A program made the translations under genes and the position numbers. This document shows, piece after piece, positions 20,008 to 31,773 of a DNA stretch of 64,000 bases. Where the stretch lies: NCBI GenBank assembly GCA_963765495.1, contig CAVXWP010000007.1, positions 128,001 to 192,000 on the forward strand. The letters run 5' to 3'. This DNA is from Blastocatellia bacterium. Lineage in GTDB: Bacteria > Acidobacteriota > Blastocatellia > UBA7656. The notes below the pieces were generated by a model that ran no database searches, was not told where the DNA came from, and saw nothing but the letters and a program-made list of their open reading frames with translations. How positions within the stretch are numbered: position 1 is the stretch's first letter; each line of letters begins with the position of its first letter.

Positions 20008-20466
20008 TCAATCTTCCGGCTTCTGATTGCGGACGATCTCGACCGAGCAGTTTGCCTGCGAGGCCACAGCCTGCGACACCGAGCCGAGCAGCAACCGCGT
20101 GAGACCGCGATAGCCGTGCGAGCCCAGGACAATCAGATCAGCGCCCCAGCGGTCCGCCTCTTCCACGATGGCGTGTTTGGGATAGCCGTGAATGATCTCG
20201 GCTGTGACGACAGGCGCGGTCGTCGCGGATGAGCTGATACGCGAGGCCGCGACTTCAAGAGCCTTGCGAGCCTGTTCTTCACCGGCCTTTATTAGCTCGT
20301 TGTAATAATTTTCTGGCAGGGTCCACGTCTCCGAAGTAGGCATAACAGGCGGCTCGACCACAGAAATAATTCTGATTTCGCTTCCATCGGGCCACGGCCT
20401 GCGGCTCACGGATTCGACCGCCGCGTCGCTGAAGGGGGAACCGTCTACGGCTAATAGAATTTTCAT
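20008..20466 (-). CDS. Universal stress protein
   Basis: MKILLAVDGS, ADLIVLGSHG..LLGSVS..CSVEIVR; GGAGG RBS before 20466. Confidence 0.92.
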   Translation of the reverse strand: MKILLAVDGSPFSDAAVESVSRRPWPDGSEIRIISVVEPPVMPTSETWTLPENYYNELIKAGEEQARKALEVAASRISSSATTAPVVTAEIIHGYPKHAIVEEADRWGADLIVLGSHGYRGLTRLLLGSVSQAVASQANCSVEIVRNQKPED

Positions 20467-20655
20467 CTCAAACCTCCGAGACAATTCTATCACTTCAAAC
20501 TCGAAGTCAGTCCAGAGGTAAAGCAATCATGCTACGGTGACGTTAACGGTCTGCACTTTTAGAATATGTTTCGTATCCAGTTGCATTGTGGCGTAATGGT
20601 TTGCTTATTCGTTAGAATGAAGCTGCCGATCAACGAATTGAAAGGAGCCGAACCG

Positions 20656-20839
20656 ATGGAAACTGTGAGCGTCGAACTACCGTTGCAACTGGCTGATGAA
20701 CTGCACCGGCTGGTTTCAAAATGAACAGGAAGCCATCCGTCTGGCTTTGAGCGAGTTTGTGCGCCGCAATCAATTCACGCTGATCGAACGTTTTCAGCGT
20801 GAAGACATCGCCTGGGCACTCTCTCAAAAGATTACGTGA
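20656..20839 (+). pseudogene. Frameshifted CopG/ribbon-helix-helix antitoxin-like gene
   Basis: AAAGGAG RBS; METVSVELPLQLADELHRLV continues in another frame as GWFQNEQEAIRLALSEFVRRNQFTLIERFQREDIAWALSQKIT*; not in the ORF track. Confidence 0.6.
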
Positions 20840-20857
20840 CTCTAATCAGCCATCAAT

Positions 20858-23698
20858 CTATTCGTGTCGCAATGCATCAAGCGGATCAACTCTTGATGCG
20901 CGGCGAGCGGGTATCCAGCAGGCCGCGAGCGCCACAAGCAACAACACTCCCGCTATCGCTCCGAATAGCAGTGGGTCGGCCCCCTTTACTCCATAAAGCT
21001 GTTCGGCCATCTCGTGCTGCCACGTCTCGGGGCCGTAATACTGGGTCGCCATCAGTCGCTTTACCGCGTACGCAGCAAGCCCGCCTGCCGCAAGGCCAAG
21101 CAATACGAGTTTCATTCCCTGCCAGATCACAAGTCGCAGGACGTTCCCCGGCTGCGCGCCAAGCGCCATCCGTATGCCTATCTCGTTTGTGCGTTGCGCT
21201 ACCGAATATGCAAGCACGCCCGATAGACCTATGGCCGCAAGCAAGAGCGCCAGTATCCCGAAAAAGCTGAGTAACTGCGCATAAAGCCTCTCCTGACTCA
21301 AGGATGCTTCGGAGCGGGCTGTCTGCGATGAGACTTCCGTTATCGGCAGATTGCCGTCGAGTTCCTGCACCGTCTGGCGCACGGCCTCCGTGAGCGCGGT
21401 TGGCTCTCCCTCGGTCCGCAGCGCAAAATACATGCCTCCGATGTTGTCTACTTCCTGTTGCCACGGCGTGTAAAGCAACGGCTCCATATCTTCGCGCTGG
21501 CTGTTGTATTTGCTGTCGGCCACTATGCCTACGATTTCGAGATCGTTTTTTGCCCGGTTTAACTTTACACGTTTGCCGAGCGCTCCTTCATCGGGAAAGA
21601 ACTGGCGCGCAAAGGTTTCATTGACGATGGCGACCTTCGGAGCATTCCGGTCATCCTGCGGAGTGAAATCGCGCCCGGCATGCAACGGAATCTGCAAGGT
21701 CGAAAAGTAGTTTTCGCGCACCATCTGACGGTTGGCTATATGGTCACTGGCTGTTTGTTCCGTTTCACCCGGCAGCAATAGGCCCGTGTTCCAGGTGTAG
21801 TGGGAGATCAGAGGAACTATGCCGAATGTGGCCGAGCGCACGCCGGGCGTGGTATCGAGCCGCGCAAACAATTGTTTATAGAAGTCGATCAGCCGGTCAT
21901 CTTTATATCCGCCCTTTTCCGGCTGCAATGCAAACGTCAGCAGGTTTTCCTGATTGAAACCGAGATCAATCTTTTGCAGGTTGCTCAAAGTGCGGATGAA
22001 TAACCCCGCGCCGATCAAAAGCATCAGAGACAGCCCGACCTGCGCCACGATCAAGCCTTTGCTCAAGCGCGATACGCCGCCCGTCGTGCGGCGGCTGCCT
22101 TTGAGCGAGCTTGCCAGATCGGTCTTTGTAGCGCGCAGGGCCGGAACCAGACCAAACAGAAGGCCGGTCAGAAGCGAAACGCCCAGAGTAAATCCAAGCA
22201 CCCGCCAGCTTAGATTCGGCTCGATGCCGTCGGGCAAAAAGTCTGTGTTCCGCCCGCCAAGCGACGCCAGCACGTTCTTGCCCCACAATGCCACCAGAAC
22301 TCCCGCCGCCCCGCCAATCGCCGCAAGCAACAGGCTCTCCGTCAACAGTTGTCGAATCAGTCGCCATCGTCCCGCTCCAACGGCCAGGCGTATGCTGATC
22401 TCCGGCCCTCTTAGTGCCGCTCGCGCAAGCAAGAGATTGGCTACGTTGGCGCACGCGATCAGCAACACAAGCACCACCACGGCGAACAGACCGTATATCG
22501 TTTTCGCATAGATTTTGCGAATCTCCAACAACCCGCGTCCGCCCGATATCGCCATCAGTTGAGGATATTGCGCGGGGTCTATCTGCGCCGCTTCGCTCTC
22601 TTTGCGCGGGGGCGGCATTATCTCAAGCGCGGTGGCCTGGAAAGCGCCGCCAAGACTGTCGCGCGCCTGTTCAAATGTAGCCCCGGGTTTCAATCGCCCC
22701 ATCAGATGAACCCACCAGTAGCCCGGCTTGTCTGCCTGCGCCATTGCGGAACTCTCACCCAGCAGCACAGGCTCAAATGCGAGCGGCACCGTGACCTCAG
22801 GGTGCGTGCTCACTTGCAGAGTGCCGCTGAAGCCGGGAGGCGTTACGCCGATAATGGTAAACGATGTCTTATTGAGCTTGATCTGCTGGCCGACTGCGTC
22901 GGGGTCGGAGTTGAATCTCTTCTGCCAGTAATCGTAATCGAGGACGACTACAGGCGTAGCCGCCGTATTGTCGTCCTCCGCTGTGATTGCGCGCCCGTAA
23001 ATCGGGTGTACGCCAAGCCCCGTGTAGTAGTCGCCCGAAACTCCCTGCCCGTGAACATTCTCCGCCTGTTCATTCATCACGGCGGTCAGTTCGTACAGCG
23101 GCGCAAAGGCGAAGAGGTCGCTCAACGGATCGTCGGCCAACTGCGCCCGCGCCTGCCGTAGTTTTTCGATTATGTCGTAACGAAAGACCGAGGCGTGCCG
23201 CCTGCCCGGCATATCATTGACAAAGGTGCCGCGGCTTCCGTTGGTCCTGAAATCGCGACCCGCCTGCCATTCAAACAGCACAAGCCGATCAGGTTCAGCC
23301 ACCGGCAGCATCCTGAGCAATACGGTATCAACCAGGCTAAACTGCGCGGTGTTTGCGCCTATGCCGAGCGCAAGCGAAAGCACAGCGACGATGGTGAAGC
23401 CTTTGTGTTTGAGCAGCATTCGCCAGCCATAACGCAGGTCTTGAAACATCTCGTCCTCCAATCTTTTCGGTTGTAAGAGTAATGCATCCAAAAACGCGCC
23501 CAGACTACGCCTGAGCAGATCGAGTTTCGCCCGCCAGTCGAGACGGTTCCACTCCGAAAGCAACAGTTCACGATAATACAACTCGGCTTCCCACTCGCGC
23601 CGCCAGTTTGCGCGAAGCCGGCGCGGCACGATCACGCCGATCAGACGGATCAGCCAGAGCCAGAATCGAAAGCGGGCAATGCGAGTCCGATCAGCCAT
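20858..23698 (-). CDS. ADOP-family duplicated ABC permease (array gene 9, distal)
   Basis: Conserved leader + [44 protein letters not shown]; two MacB-PCD/FtsX halves. Confidence 0.92.
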   Translation of the reverse strand: MADRTRIARFRFWLWLIRLIGVIVPRRLRANWRREWEAELYYRELLLSEWNRLDWRAKLDLLRRSLGAFLDALLLQPKRLEDEMFQDLRYGWRMLLKHKGFTIVAVLSLALGIGANTAQFSLVDTVLLRMLPVAEPDRLVLFEWQAGRDFRTNGSRGTFVNDMPGRRHASVFRYDIIEKLRQARAQLADDPLSDLFAFAPLYELTAVMNEQAENVHGQGVSGDYYTGLGVHPIYGRAITAEDDNTAATPVVVLDYDYWQKRFNSDPDAVGQQIKLNKTSFTIIGVTPPGFSGTLQVSTHPEVTVPLAFEPVLLGESSAMAQADKPGYWWVHLMGRLKPGATFEQARDSLGGAFQATALEIMPPPRKESEAAQIDPAQYPQLMAISGGRGLLEIRKIYAKTIYGLFAVVVLVLLIACANVANLLLARAALRGPEISIRLAVGAGRWRLIRQLLTESLLLAAIGGAAGVLVALWGKNVLASLGGRNTDFLPDGIEPNLSWRVLGFTLGVSLLTGLLFGLVPALRATKTDLASSLKGSRRTTGGVSRLSKGLIVAQVGLSLMLLIGAGLFIRTLSNLQKIDLGFNQENLLTFALQPEKGGYKDDRLIDFYKQLFARLDTTPGVRSATFGIVPLISHYTWNTGLLLPGETEQTASDHIANRQMVRENYFSTLQIPLHAGRDFTPQDDRNAPKVAIVNETFARQFFPDEGALGKRVKLNRAKNDLEIVGIVADSKYNSQREDMEPLLYTPWQQEVDNIGGMYFALRTEGEPTALTEAVRQTVQELDGNLPITEVSSQTARSEASLSQERLYAQLLSFFGILALLLAAIGLSGVLAYSVAQRTNEIGIRMALGAQPGNVLRLVIWQGMKLVLLGLAAGGLAAYAVKRLMATQYYGPETWQHEMAEQLYGVKGADPLLFGAIAGVLLLVALAACWIPARRASRVDPLDALRHE

Positions 23699-23771
23699 CA
23701 GATTTACTCGTGGCGAAGCGCGGTTAAGGGATCAACCCTCGTAGCCCGCCGCGCAGGTATCCAGCAGGCCA
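23648..23771. repeat. 124-bp junction direct repeat, copy 1 (partner 26317-26440)
   Basis: 123/124 identical; spans the 3' end of one permease, the 5-nt spacer and the 5' end of the next. Confidence 0.9.
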
Positions 23772-26367
23772 GAAGCGCAACGCCTGTCAGCAGGAAAGCA
23801 ACTCCCACAAACGTCAGCGGGTCAGTTGCGCTCACCCCAAACAGCAACGACTTCAGCCATCGCGTCAAAATCAGAGCGCCTGTCAAACCAAAACCCACAC
23901 CCGGCAGCGTCAGTTTCATCCCTTGCCCGATGATCAGGCGCAGTACATCTTGCGACTGTGCGCCCAACGCCATACGAATGCCGATCTCATGCTTGCGCTG
24001 CGTAACGGTGTAGGCGAGCACACCGTAAATCCCCAGGGCCGCCATCAAAAGCGCCACCCCCGCAAAGATCGCCATCAACAACAGCGTGAAGCGGCGTGGG
24101 GCGAGTGAGGCCGAGAGCAGTTGCCGCATCAGGGTGACTTCGTAAGCAGGCAGATCAGGATCAAGCGCGTGGATGGCCTGTCGAACAGCGCCCGTCAGAG
24201 CGCTTGGCTCGACCGAGGTGCGCACAACCAATTGCATATACGAATCCGTCAACTGCGCGTGCGGAACGTAAACCTGTAAATCGGGTGGCGTTTCCAGGCC
24301 ATAGTGGTTGACATCACCGACAATGCCTACGATAACGCGCGGCGGATCGTCAATTCCACCCAGCCTTATCTGCTTTCCAACGGGGTCTTCATCCGGCCAG
24401 ATGCGACGAGCCGCGGTCTGATTGATGAGGGCCACAAGCGTATTGTTTTCGTTATCCTGATCGGTAAAGCCACGACCACGTAAGACCGGAATCCCCATCG
24501 CACGCAGATAATCGGGGGTGATACCGTAACGTTCCGCGCTGGGCGCTTCGGCCGGATTTGCCAGCGGTTTTTCCTCGACGTGAAACCCGCTTGTGTCCAT
24601 ATTGCCGCCAAACGGCAGATTGCTGACAAGGCCAACTGCCTCGACGCCGGGCAGCGCTTCGATACGTTTGATGGCTTCGCTGTGAAAGGCGCGTTTCTGC
24701 GCCTCCTCACTGTACTTTGCGCCAAGGGCCGGCACCGGCATCGTCAACAGATTGCGCGCTTCGAACCCCGGCGTTACATCCAGCACGCGCGCGAAACTGC
24801 GGATGAGCAAACCCGCTCCGGCCAGCAGCACCAGCGCGAAGACAATTTCAGCCACCACAAACATCTCGCGCGCTCGGCGCTGTCCTTTGCCTGATGAGCC
24901 TCTGGCTTTTTCCTTCAAGGCAAGCTGGACATCCTGCCGCGCTGCCTGCCACGCCGGGGCCAGGCCAAAGAGCAAACCCGTCAGCAATGCCGACAGGAAC
25001 GTAAAGCCCAGCACGCGCGCATCAATCGTGACTGTCTGTACCTGCAACATCCTGGCGGGGCTGAGCCGCGTGAGCAGATCCGTCCCCCACAGCGCCAGCA
25101 ACAATCCAGCGCCCGCCCCGAGCGATGACAGCAGCAGACTCTCAATCAGCAATTGCCGCATAATGCGCAACGCGGGAGCGCCCAGCGCCGCGCGAATCGC
25201 CATCTCCATTCGTCGCTCATTTGCGCGTGCCAGCAACAGGCTGCCGATGTTTGCGCACGCGATCAGCAAGACTCCTCCCACCGCCGCCAGCAGCAGGTAC
25301 AGGGCCGAACGGATGGCGTTTACAAACTGATCCTGAAGGCGCGCAATGCTGACGGCAGATGTTGCATAGATTTTCGGATGCTCGGTCTGCATCACGCTCA
25401 TAATCGCGCTCATCTCGTTTCTGGCCTGCTCCATCGAAACATCGGATTTGAGACGGGCGATAGTCTTAAGGTGCTGGCAATCGCGACAGGCAAACGGCTG
25501 CGTCACGTCATATCCAAGCGGTACCCAGATGTCGGCTGTCTTGTAAAAATTCGCGGCGAGCAGATCGGTAAACCCTGATGGCATGACGCCTATAATCGTG
25601 TATGGTTGATCGCTCAGGCTGAGTTGTTTGCCTAAAACGTTCGGATCAGAGTTGAAACGCCGCTGCCAGAGCGAATGGCTGATGATAACGACAAAGCGCG
25701 TCGCCGGGCGGTCTTCGGCAGCCGCGAAATCACGGCCCAGTTCCGGGCTGACGCCCAGCAGATTGAAGTAGTCGGCAGACACGCGCAATCCCTGAATCAT
25801 CTCTGATTCACCCTGCCCGGTCATCACCCCTCCCCAATACCGGATCGCCACCATCGACTCGAACGAGTGGCTGCGCTCGCGCCAGTCTGCCAGAGTGGCA
25901 TATCCGGTGTTGCCCAGCACCCCTCCACTTTCGTCCGTCGATAGCATTACCAGCCGATCAGCATCCTGATACGGCAGCGGGCGTAGCAACACGGCGTTGA
26001 CTACGCTGAAGATCGCCGTGCTCGCGCCGATCCCAAGCGCGAGAGTGAAGACCGCAACAAGAGTGAAACCGGGATTCTTCCATAACATCCGCACGCCGAA
26101 ACGCAGATCTTGAAACATCTCATCCTCCCATCTGTAGGATTGCAACCAGAGCGCATCCCAGAATGCGCCGAGTGAGCGCCTGAGCAGATCGAGCCGTGCC
26201 CGCCACCCGAGACGGTCCCACTCCGAAAGCAACAGTTCGCGATAGCGCAACTCGGCCTGCCACTCCTCGCGCCAGTCTCGGCGAAGCCTTCCGGGGACGA
26301 TCACGCCTATGAGCGCGATCAGCCAGAGCCAGAAACGAAAGCGGGCAATGCGAGTCCGATCAGCCAT
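23704..26367 (-). CDS. ADOP-family duplicated ABC permease (array gene 8)
   Basis: Same motif set; leader [29 protein letters not shown]. Confidence 0.92.
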   Translation of the reverse strand: MADRTRIARFRFWLWLIALIGVIVPGRLRRDWREEWQAELRYRELLLSEWDRLGWRARLDLLRRSLGAFWDALWLQSYRWEDEMFQDLRFGVRMLWKNPGFTLVAVFTLALGIGASTAIFSVVNAVLLRPLPYQDADRLVMLSTDESGGVLGNTGYATLADWRERSHSFESMVAIRYWGGVMTGQGESEMIQGLRVSADYFNLLGVSPELGRDFAAAEDRPATRFVVIISHSLWQRRFNSDPNVLGKQLSLSDQPYTIIGVMPSGFTDLLAANFYKTADIWVPLGYDVTQPFACRDCQHLKTIARLKSDVSMEQARNEMSAIMSVMQTEHPKIYATSAVSIARLQDQFVNAIRSALYLLLAAVGGVLLIACANIGSLLLARANERRMEMAIRAALGAPALRIMRQLLIESLLLSSLGAGAGLLLALWGTDLLTRLSPARMLQVQTVTIDARVLGFTFLSALLTGLLFGLAPAWQAARQDVQLALKEKARGSSGKGQRRAREMFVVAEIVFALVLLAGAGLLIRSFARVLDVTPGFEARNLLTMPVPALGAKYSEEAQKRAFHSEAIKRIEALPGVEAVGLVSNLPFGGNMDTSGFHVEEKPLANPAEAPSAERYGITPDYLRAMGIPVLRGRGFTDQDNENNTLVALINQTAARRIWPDEDPVGKQIRLGGIDDPPRVIVGIVGDVNHYGLETPPDLQVYVPHAQLTDSYMQLVVRTSVEPSALTGAVRQAIHALDPDLPAYEVTLMRQLLSASLAPRRFTLLLMAIFAGVALLMAALGIYGVLAYTVTQRKHEIGIRMALGAQSQDVLRLIIGQGMKLTLPGVGFGLTGALILTRWLKSLLFGVSATDPLTFVGVAFLLTGVALLACWIPARRATRVDPLTALRHE

Positions 26368-26440
26368 CAGATTTACTCGTGGCGAAGCGCGGTTAAGGGA
26401 TCAACCCTCGTAGCCCGCCGCGCAGGTATCCAGCAGGCCA
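26317..26440. repeat. 124-bp junction direct repeat, copy 2
   Basis: See 23648-23771. Confidence 0.9.
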
Positions 26441-29084
26441 CAAACGCGACGGCGATAAGCAAAATCGCTACACCCGCGAATGTGACGGGATCGGTTGCGC
26501 CTACGCCTAAGAGCAGACTCGCCAGTACGCGGGTTACGGCGAAAGCTCCAACGAGGCCGATCACAATACCGGCAATCACGAGCGTCATTCCCTGGCGGAG
26601 AATAATCCGCAGCACATCGCGGATTTGCGCGCCTAATGCCATGCGGATGCCGATCTCGCGTGTTCGCTGGCTGACCGTGTAGGTCATCACGCTGTAAAGT
26701 CCCATCGTTGCCAGTAGCAACGCAAGCAGGCCAAAGGTCGTAGCCATCCCGGCGGCCAGTCGCGGACCCCAGTAGGCATACGATAAATTCTGCTCAGCCG
26801 TCTGCACGCCAAAGACCGGCACACGCGAATCTATCTGCCCTATTTCGCGCCGAACGCTTTCGGCTATGGCTTTTAAATCGCCCGCAGAATTCGCGCCGAC
26901 AAGCAAGGTCATCTCCGACTGGTATTGCTGATATTCGGGCAGGTACATGTACATCTGCGGATCTTCGTATAGATTGCGGTACAGACCATCTTTGGCGATT
27001 CCGATAATCTCATTCAGCGGCTCCTTATTGCTCCAGAATCGAATGCGTTTTCCAAGTGCCGCCTGCTCGCTGCCGTAAAACCGGCGCGCAAATTCTTGAT
27101 TGACGATCACGACACGGGGCGTGTCAATCGTGTCGCGTTCGGTGAAATCGCGTCCCGACACGAGAGGCGTTTTTACAGTTTTAAAATATCCGGGCGCAAC
27201 CCAGTTGCAGGGAACAGTTACTCCCTGATTTGGCGGAGGGTCGGGCTCGCCTTCCTTTATCACCGGGCCTTTGCTGGAGTTGTTGTCACTGAGCGGCAAA
27301 TAAGCCGCAAGCGAAGCCGCGCGCACGCCGGGCTGCGCCTCTACGCGCCTCAGAGTTTCGGTATAAAACCGCTTTCCATCGGCGTCGTCATAGCCAAGCA
27401 ATCCCGGGTCAAGCCTCATCGTCACAAGCCTGTCGGCGCTGAATCCCAGATCGGTCTTCAGAACCTTATCCAGGCTTCTCAGAAACAACCCCGCGCATAC
27501 CAGCACTATGATCGAAATAGCCACCTGCGCGACTACGAGCGAGCCGCGCAGATTCCATCGCCGCCCCGTCCTGCCCGAAGACTGTCCGGCTATGCCGCCT
27601 TTGATCACAGCAACCAGATCGGTACGCGACGCAAGCCACGCCGGAGCCAGCCCAAAGATCAAGCCCGTCATCAGCGTAATAATGATCATCCATTTCAGCA
27701 CCGCAAGATCGGGACTGACGCCGAGATCAACAGGATAGGGAATCGGTGGAACCGAAGCATTAATCAGACTCGCCCCACCATAAGCAAAACACCATCCGAG
27801 CGCGCCGCCAAGGCTCGCGAGCAGAACGCTTTCGGTCAGCAGTTGTCGTATGATGCGAAACCGTCCCGCGCCAATCGCCAGACGGATGCCGATCTCTTTA
27901 GCGCGAGTAGCGGCTCGCGCAAGCATAAGATTCGCTACATTCGCGCAGGCCACGATCAGCACGAGACCGGAAACGCACAGCGCCAGCAATGCGCTGAATT
28001 TGAATGCGCCTACAGTATCCCCAAACCGCCCATCCGGTTCAGAAACGATTCGAACTTTCGTATCCGCGTTATTTTCCGGGTAAAGCCGGGCCAGATTTTC
28101 CGCGATCAGATTCAAATCCGCCTCGGCCTGCTCCATAGTGACGCCGGGTTTGAGCCGCCCTATCACGTTTAGGTTTGTCCACCCTCGGTTGGTTTCCCAT
28201 TCCGCGCCCATTTTGAATTTTGAGCGCATCATCAAAGGCGTCCAGAAGGACTGCTGTAATGGGAATTTCACGCCCTTAAATGCTTCGGGCGCTACGCCGA
28301 TTATCGTAAATGGAAACCCGTTCATGTAAATCGTTTTGCCCACAACCGAAGCATCGGCATTGAAACGACGCTGCCAGAGCGAATGGCTTATCACTACCAC
28401 CGGATGCGCATCCTGCGTGCGGTCTTCTTCGGGCAGAAAACCGCGACCCAGGATAGGTTTGACGCCGAGTACATCGAAGTAATTGCCGCTGACTATTTCG
28501 CCCCAGCCGATTTCCGCCCGTTCATTGTCGCCGGTACTGTGATTCTCGCCCGAACTGATCCCCGCCGAGGTCATACTCCACGCAAGTAAACCGGAAAGGC
28601 TCTTGTTCTGATCGCGCAGGTCAATATAGTTAGGGTAAGAAAAGTCGCCCCAGACCTCGCTGTCTGTCTTGCCGCCCCAGAACCCCACAACCAGTTCGTC
28701 CGGCTTTTCAACCGGCAGCGGACGAATAAGGAAACTGTTGACTGTACTCAATATCGCCGTATTCACGCCAATGCCGAGCGCAAGCGTGAGCACCGCCACA
28801 GCCGTGAACGCCTTGTCCTTTACCAGCATCCGCAGGCCGAAACGCAGGTCTTGAAACATCTCATCCTCCCATCTGTAGGATTGCAACCAGAGCGCATCCC
28901 AGAACGCGCCGAGACTGAGTCGCCTGAGCAGATCGAGCCGTGCCCGCCAGCCGAGACGGTCCCACTCCGAAAGCAACAGTTCGCGATAACGCAACTCGGC
29001 CTGCCACTCTTCGCGCCAGTCCGCGCGTACCCGGCGCGGCACGATCAGACCAATAAAGTTTATGAACCAGAGATGAGGCTTCAC
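26373..29084 (-). CDS. ADOP-family duplicated ABC permease (array gene 7)
   Basis: Same motif set; leader has an extra residue (RRLSLGAF). Confidence 0.92.
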   Translation of the reverse strand: MKPHLWFINFIGLIVPRRVRADWREEWQAELRYRELLLSEWDRLGWRARLDLLRRLSLGAFWDALWLQSYRWEDEMFQDLRFGLRMLVKDKAFTAVAVLTLALGIGVNTAILSTVNSFLIRPLPVEKPDELVVGFWGGKTDSEVWGDFSYPNYIDLRDQNKSLSGLLAWSMTSAGISSGENHSTGDNERAEIGWGEIVSGNYFDVLGVKPILGRGFLPEEDRTQDAHPVVVISHSLWQRRFNADASVVGKTIYMNGFPFTIIGVAPEAFKGVKFPLQQSFWTPLMMRSKFKMGAEWETNRGWTNLNVIGRLKPGVTMEQAEADLNLIAENLARLYPENNADTKVRIVSEPDGRFGDTVGAFKFSALLALCVSGLVLIVACANVANLMLARAATRAKEIGIRLAIGAGRFRIIRQLLTESVLLASLGGALGWCFAYGGASLINASVPPIPYPVDLGVSPDLAVLKWMIIITLMTGLIFGLAPAWLASRTDLVAVIKGGIAGQSSGRTGRRWNLRGSLVVAQVAISIIVLVCAGLFLRSLDKVLKTDLGFSADRLVTMRLDPGLLGYDDADGKRFYTETLRRVEAQPGVRAASLAAYLPLSDNNSSKGPVIKEGEPDPPPNQGVTVPCNWVAPGYFKTVKTPLVSGRDFTERDTIDTPRVVIVNQEFARRFYGSEQAALGKRIRFWSNKEPLNEIIGIAKDGLYRNLYEDPQMYMYLPEYQQYQSEMTLLVGANSAGDLKAIAESVRREIGQIDSRVPVFGVQTAEQNLSYAYWGPRLAAGMATTFGLLALLLATMGLYSVMTYTVSQRTREIGIRMALGAQIRDVLRIILRQGMTLVIAGIVIGLVGAFAVTRVLASLLLGVGATDPVTFAGVAILLIAVAFVACWIPARRATRVDPLTALRHE

Positions 29085-29097
29085 ATAATGCCTTTCA

Positions 29098-31746
29098 TCA
29101 TTCGTGTCGAAGCGCCCTCATCGGGTCCACCTTCGTAGCGCGCTGCGCGGGTATCCAGCAGGCCATCAATGCGACGAATATCAACAGTGACGCGATCAGA
29201 ACGAATGTCATCGGATCGGTCGCGCTCACGTTGAACAACAAGCTCTTTATCAATCGCGTCAGGGCAAGCGATGCGGCAAGACCGATGCCTACGCCGATAA
29301 TTGCCAGTGTCATTCCCTGTTTCACAACCAGCTTCAACACATCGCTCGTTTGCGCCCCCAGCGCCATCCGAATTCCGATTTCGTGTGTGCGTTGATTAAC
29401 CGAGTAAGAGATGACCGCATAGATTCCCGTCGCCGCAAGTATCAACGCAAGCCCCGCCAGAATCGCTATCAAAAGCGCGGGATAGCGTCGCAGAAAGGCT
29501 GAAGGCGTATCGCTTATCAGTTGCTCCATCGTCGCTGCCGAATAGAGCGCGAGGTCCGGGTCTATCGCCTGCACTTCACCGCGCACCGCGCTCACAATGT
29601 TCTGGGGGTCGCCTGCGGTTCGCACCACCAGATTGAGCTTTGTCCAGGGCTCTTGCAGGAAGGGGCGATAGATCACCGAGTCGGGCTCTTCATCGAGCGC
29701 GCCGACCCTCTCGTCATCTACCACGCCGATAATCTCAAGCGGCCTCGGCTCGTCGCCCGCGAAGTTGATGCGGTGCCCTATCGGGTCCTGATCTGCGAAG
29801 AGCCGATTGGCGAGCGCGGCGTTGATGATGATCGCATCGGGCGAGGCCGGATTGTCCTGTTCCGTAAACTCGCGTCCGCGCAGGAGGGCGATCCCCATCG
29901 TGCGAAAGTAAGTCGAACTGACCGTGCGCGTGCTTGCCTTTGGCTCTGTACCCGGAGCCGGTGGTGGTTGCCCTTCGACAAGCAGCAGATCGCCGGGGCC
30001 GGGCTGCATGGGCAGCCAGTTGACGGTAGCGGCCCCGACTACGCCGGGCAAATTTTCGATGCGCGAAAGCATTTGCTGATGAAATGCGCGCGTCTGATCG
30101 TCTTCGGAGTATCTGCCCGGGGGCAACTCCAATTGCAGGGTCAGCAACTGCTCGGGCTGAAACCCTAGCTTGACTTCCAACAATCGCAACGTGCTCTTTA
30201 TCATCAAACCCGCTCCGACAAGCAGCACAAGCGCCAGAGCGATTTCCGAGATCATAAGCAGCCCGCGAAATCCATAACGGCCCGCAGCCGTATTTGCGCG
30301 GCTGCCGTCCTTGAGCGAGGATTGCAGATCGAGCTTTGATGCCTGCCAGGCCGGAGCTAGCCCGAAAACTATCCCCGTCAAAGCCGACAATGCGCCCGTA
30401 AAGGCGAAGACCCGCCCGCTGAGCGTAAGCCCTCGGAGGTAAGGCATCGTATCGAGTTGCGCAGCCGGAATGGCCGCGATCAGAAACTTGATTCCCCAGA
30501 CGGCAATCGCGAGCCCGACGACTCCTCCCAGAAGCGTCAGCAGCAGGCTTTCGCTGATGAGTTGCCGCACAAGTCGCCAGCGGGTTGCGCCGAGGGCTAA
30601 TCTTACTGCGATCTCTTTGCGCCGCGCCGCAGCGCGAACGAGAAGGAGATTTGCGACGTTGGCGCAGGCTATGGCAAGCACGAATCCTACTGCTCCAAAC
30701 AGGACAAGCAGAAGCGGGCGAACAGAGCCTATGATCTGATCGTGCAGGGGGACTATCCTGATGCCCGCGCCCGTGTGCGAATCGGGGTTGTCGTGCTCGA
30801 TGCGAGAAGCAATCGCGCTCATCTGCGTCTGAGCCTGTTCGATGCTTACGCCGGGCTTCAGCCTGACTATAACATCCAGCCAGTGCATGAAGCGCCGCGT
30901 TACCTGCCCCTCGCTCGGGCGCAAGGGAACCCAGAGTTCAGCCTTTCCCATCGGCGCGAATTGGAAACTCCGGGGCAGCACTCCGAGCACCGTGTAGGCG
31001 TCTCCATCGAGCATCAGCCGCTGCCCTATGATGTTCGGGTCAGCGCCGAAACGTCTTTGCCAGAGCCCGTAGCTCAAAATGACATTTGCCGCTGCGCCGG
31101 GTTTGTCTTCATCAGGCAGAAACGAGCGGCCCAAAACGGGGTCTACGCCGAGCACGGAAAAGAAACCTGCGGTGATGCGCGCGCCCTCGATGCGTTCGGG
31201 TTCGGCCCTGCCTGTGAGGGTGAACGAGCCGCCCCAGCCCGTGTAACCGCATATGCCTTCGATGACATCGGTCTGGCTGCCCCAGTCCAGATAATCGGGA
31301 TAGGAGGCGTCTACCTGTTTGATTTCATAACCGGGGCGAGTCTCCCAGATTTGAACCAGCCGGTCAGGATTTCTGTATGGCAACGCGCGTAAAAGCGCCG
31401 CATCGACTACCGTAAATATCGCGGTGTTAGCGCCGATGCCCAATCCGAGCATGAGCATGGCAACGGCGGTAAAGCCCGGCTTTTTCAAAAGCATTCGCAC
31501 GCCGAAACGTATGTCTTGAATCATTTCGTCCTCCCAACGGTAGGATTGGAGCCAGAGCGCATCCCAGAATGCGCCGAGACTGCGTCGCCATAAATCCAGT
31601 CTGTTTTTCCAGTCGAGTCTGTCCCAGTCCGCCAGGAGCAACTCGCGGTATTGCAACTCGGCTTCCCACTCATCGCGCCAGTCCGCGCGCAGACGGCGAG
31701 GGACAATCAAACCGATAAATTGAATCAGCCTCAGATGCGTCTTCAC
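29098..31746 (-). CDS. ADOP-family duplicated ABC permease (array gene 6)
   Basis: Same motif set; leader [12 protein letters not shown]. Confidence 0.92.
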   Translation of the reverse strand: MKTHLRLIQFIGLIVPRRLRADWRDEWEAELQYRELLLADWDRLDWKNRLDLWRRSLGAFWDALWLQSYRWEDEMIQDIRFGVRMLLKKPGFTAVAMLMLGLGIGANTAIFTVVDAALLRALPYRNPDRLVQIWETRPGYEIKQVDASYPDYLDWGSQTDVIEGICGYTGWGGSFTLTGRAEPERIEGARITAGFFSVLGVDPVLGRSFLPDEDKPGAAANVILSYGLWQRRFGADPNIIGQRLMLDGDAYTVLGVLPRSFQFAPMGKAELWVPLRPSEGQVTRRFMHWLDVIVRLKPGVSIEQAQTQMSAIASRIEHDNPDSHTGAGIRIVPLHDQIIGSVRPLLLVLFGAVGFVLAIACANVANLLLVRAAARRKEIAVRLALGATRWRLVRQLISESLLLTLLGGVVGLAIAVWGIKFLIAAIPAAQLDTMPYLRGLTLSGRVFAFTGALSALTGIVFGLAPAWQASKLDLQSSLKDGSRANTAAGRYGFRGLLMISEIALALVLLVGAGLMIKSTLRLLEVKLGFQPEQLLTLQLELPPGRYSEDDQTRAFHQQMLSRIENLPGVVGAATVNWLPMQPGPGDLLLVEGQPPPAPGTEPKASTRTVSSTYFRTMGIALLRGREFTEQDNPASPDAIIINAALANRLFADQDPIGHRINFAGDEPRPLEIIGVVDDERVGALDEEPDSVIYRPFLQEPWTKLNLVVRTAGDPQNIVSAVRGEVQAIDPDLALYSAATMEQLISDTPSAFLRRYPALLIAILAGLALILAATGIYAVISYSVNQRTHEIGIRMALGAQTSDVLKLVVKQGMTLAIIGVGIGLAASLALTRLIKSLLFNVSATDPMTFVLIASLLIFVALMACWIPAQRATKVDPMRALRHE

Positions 31747-31773
31747 ATTTACCTTTAATCACTCGTGCTTTAA

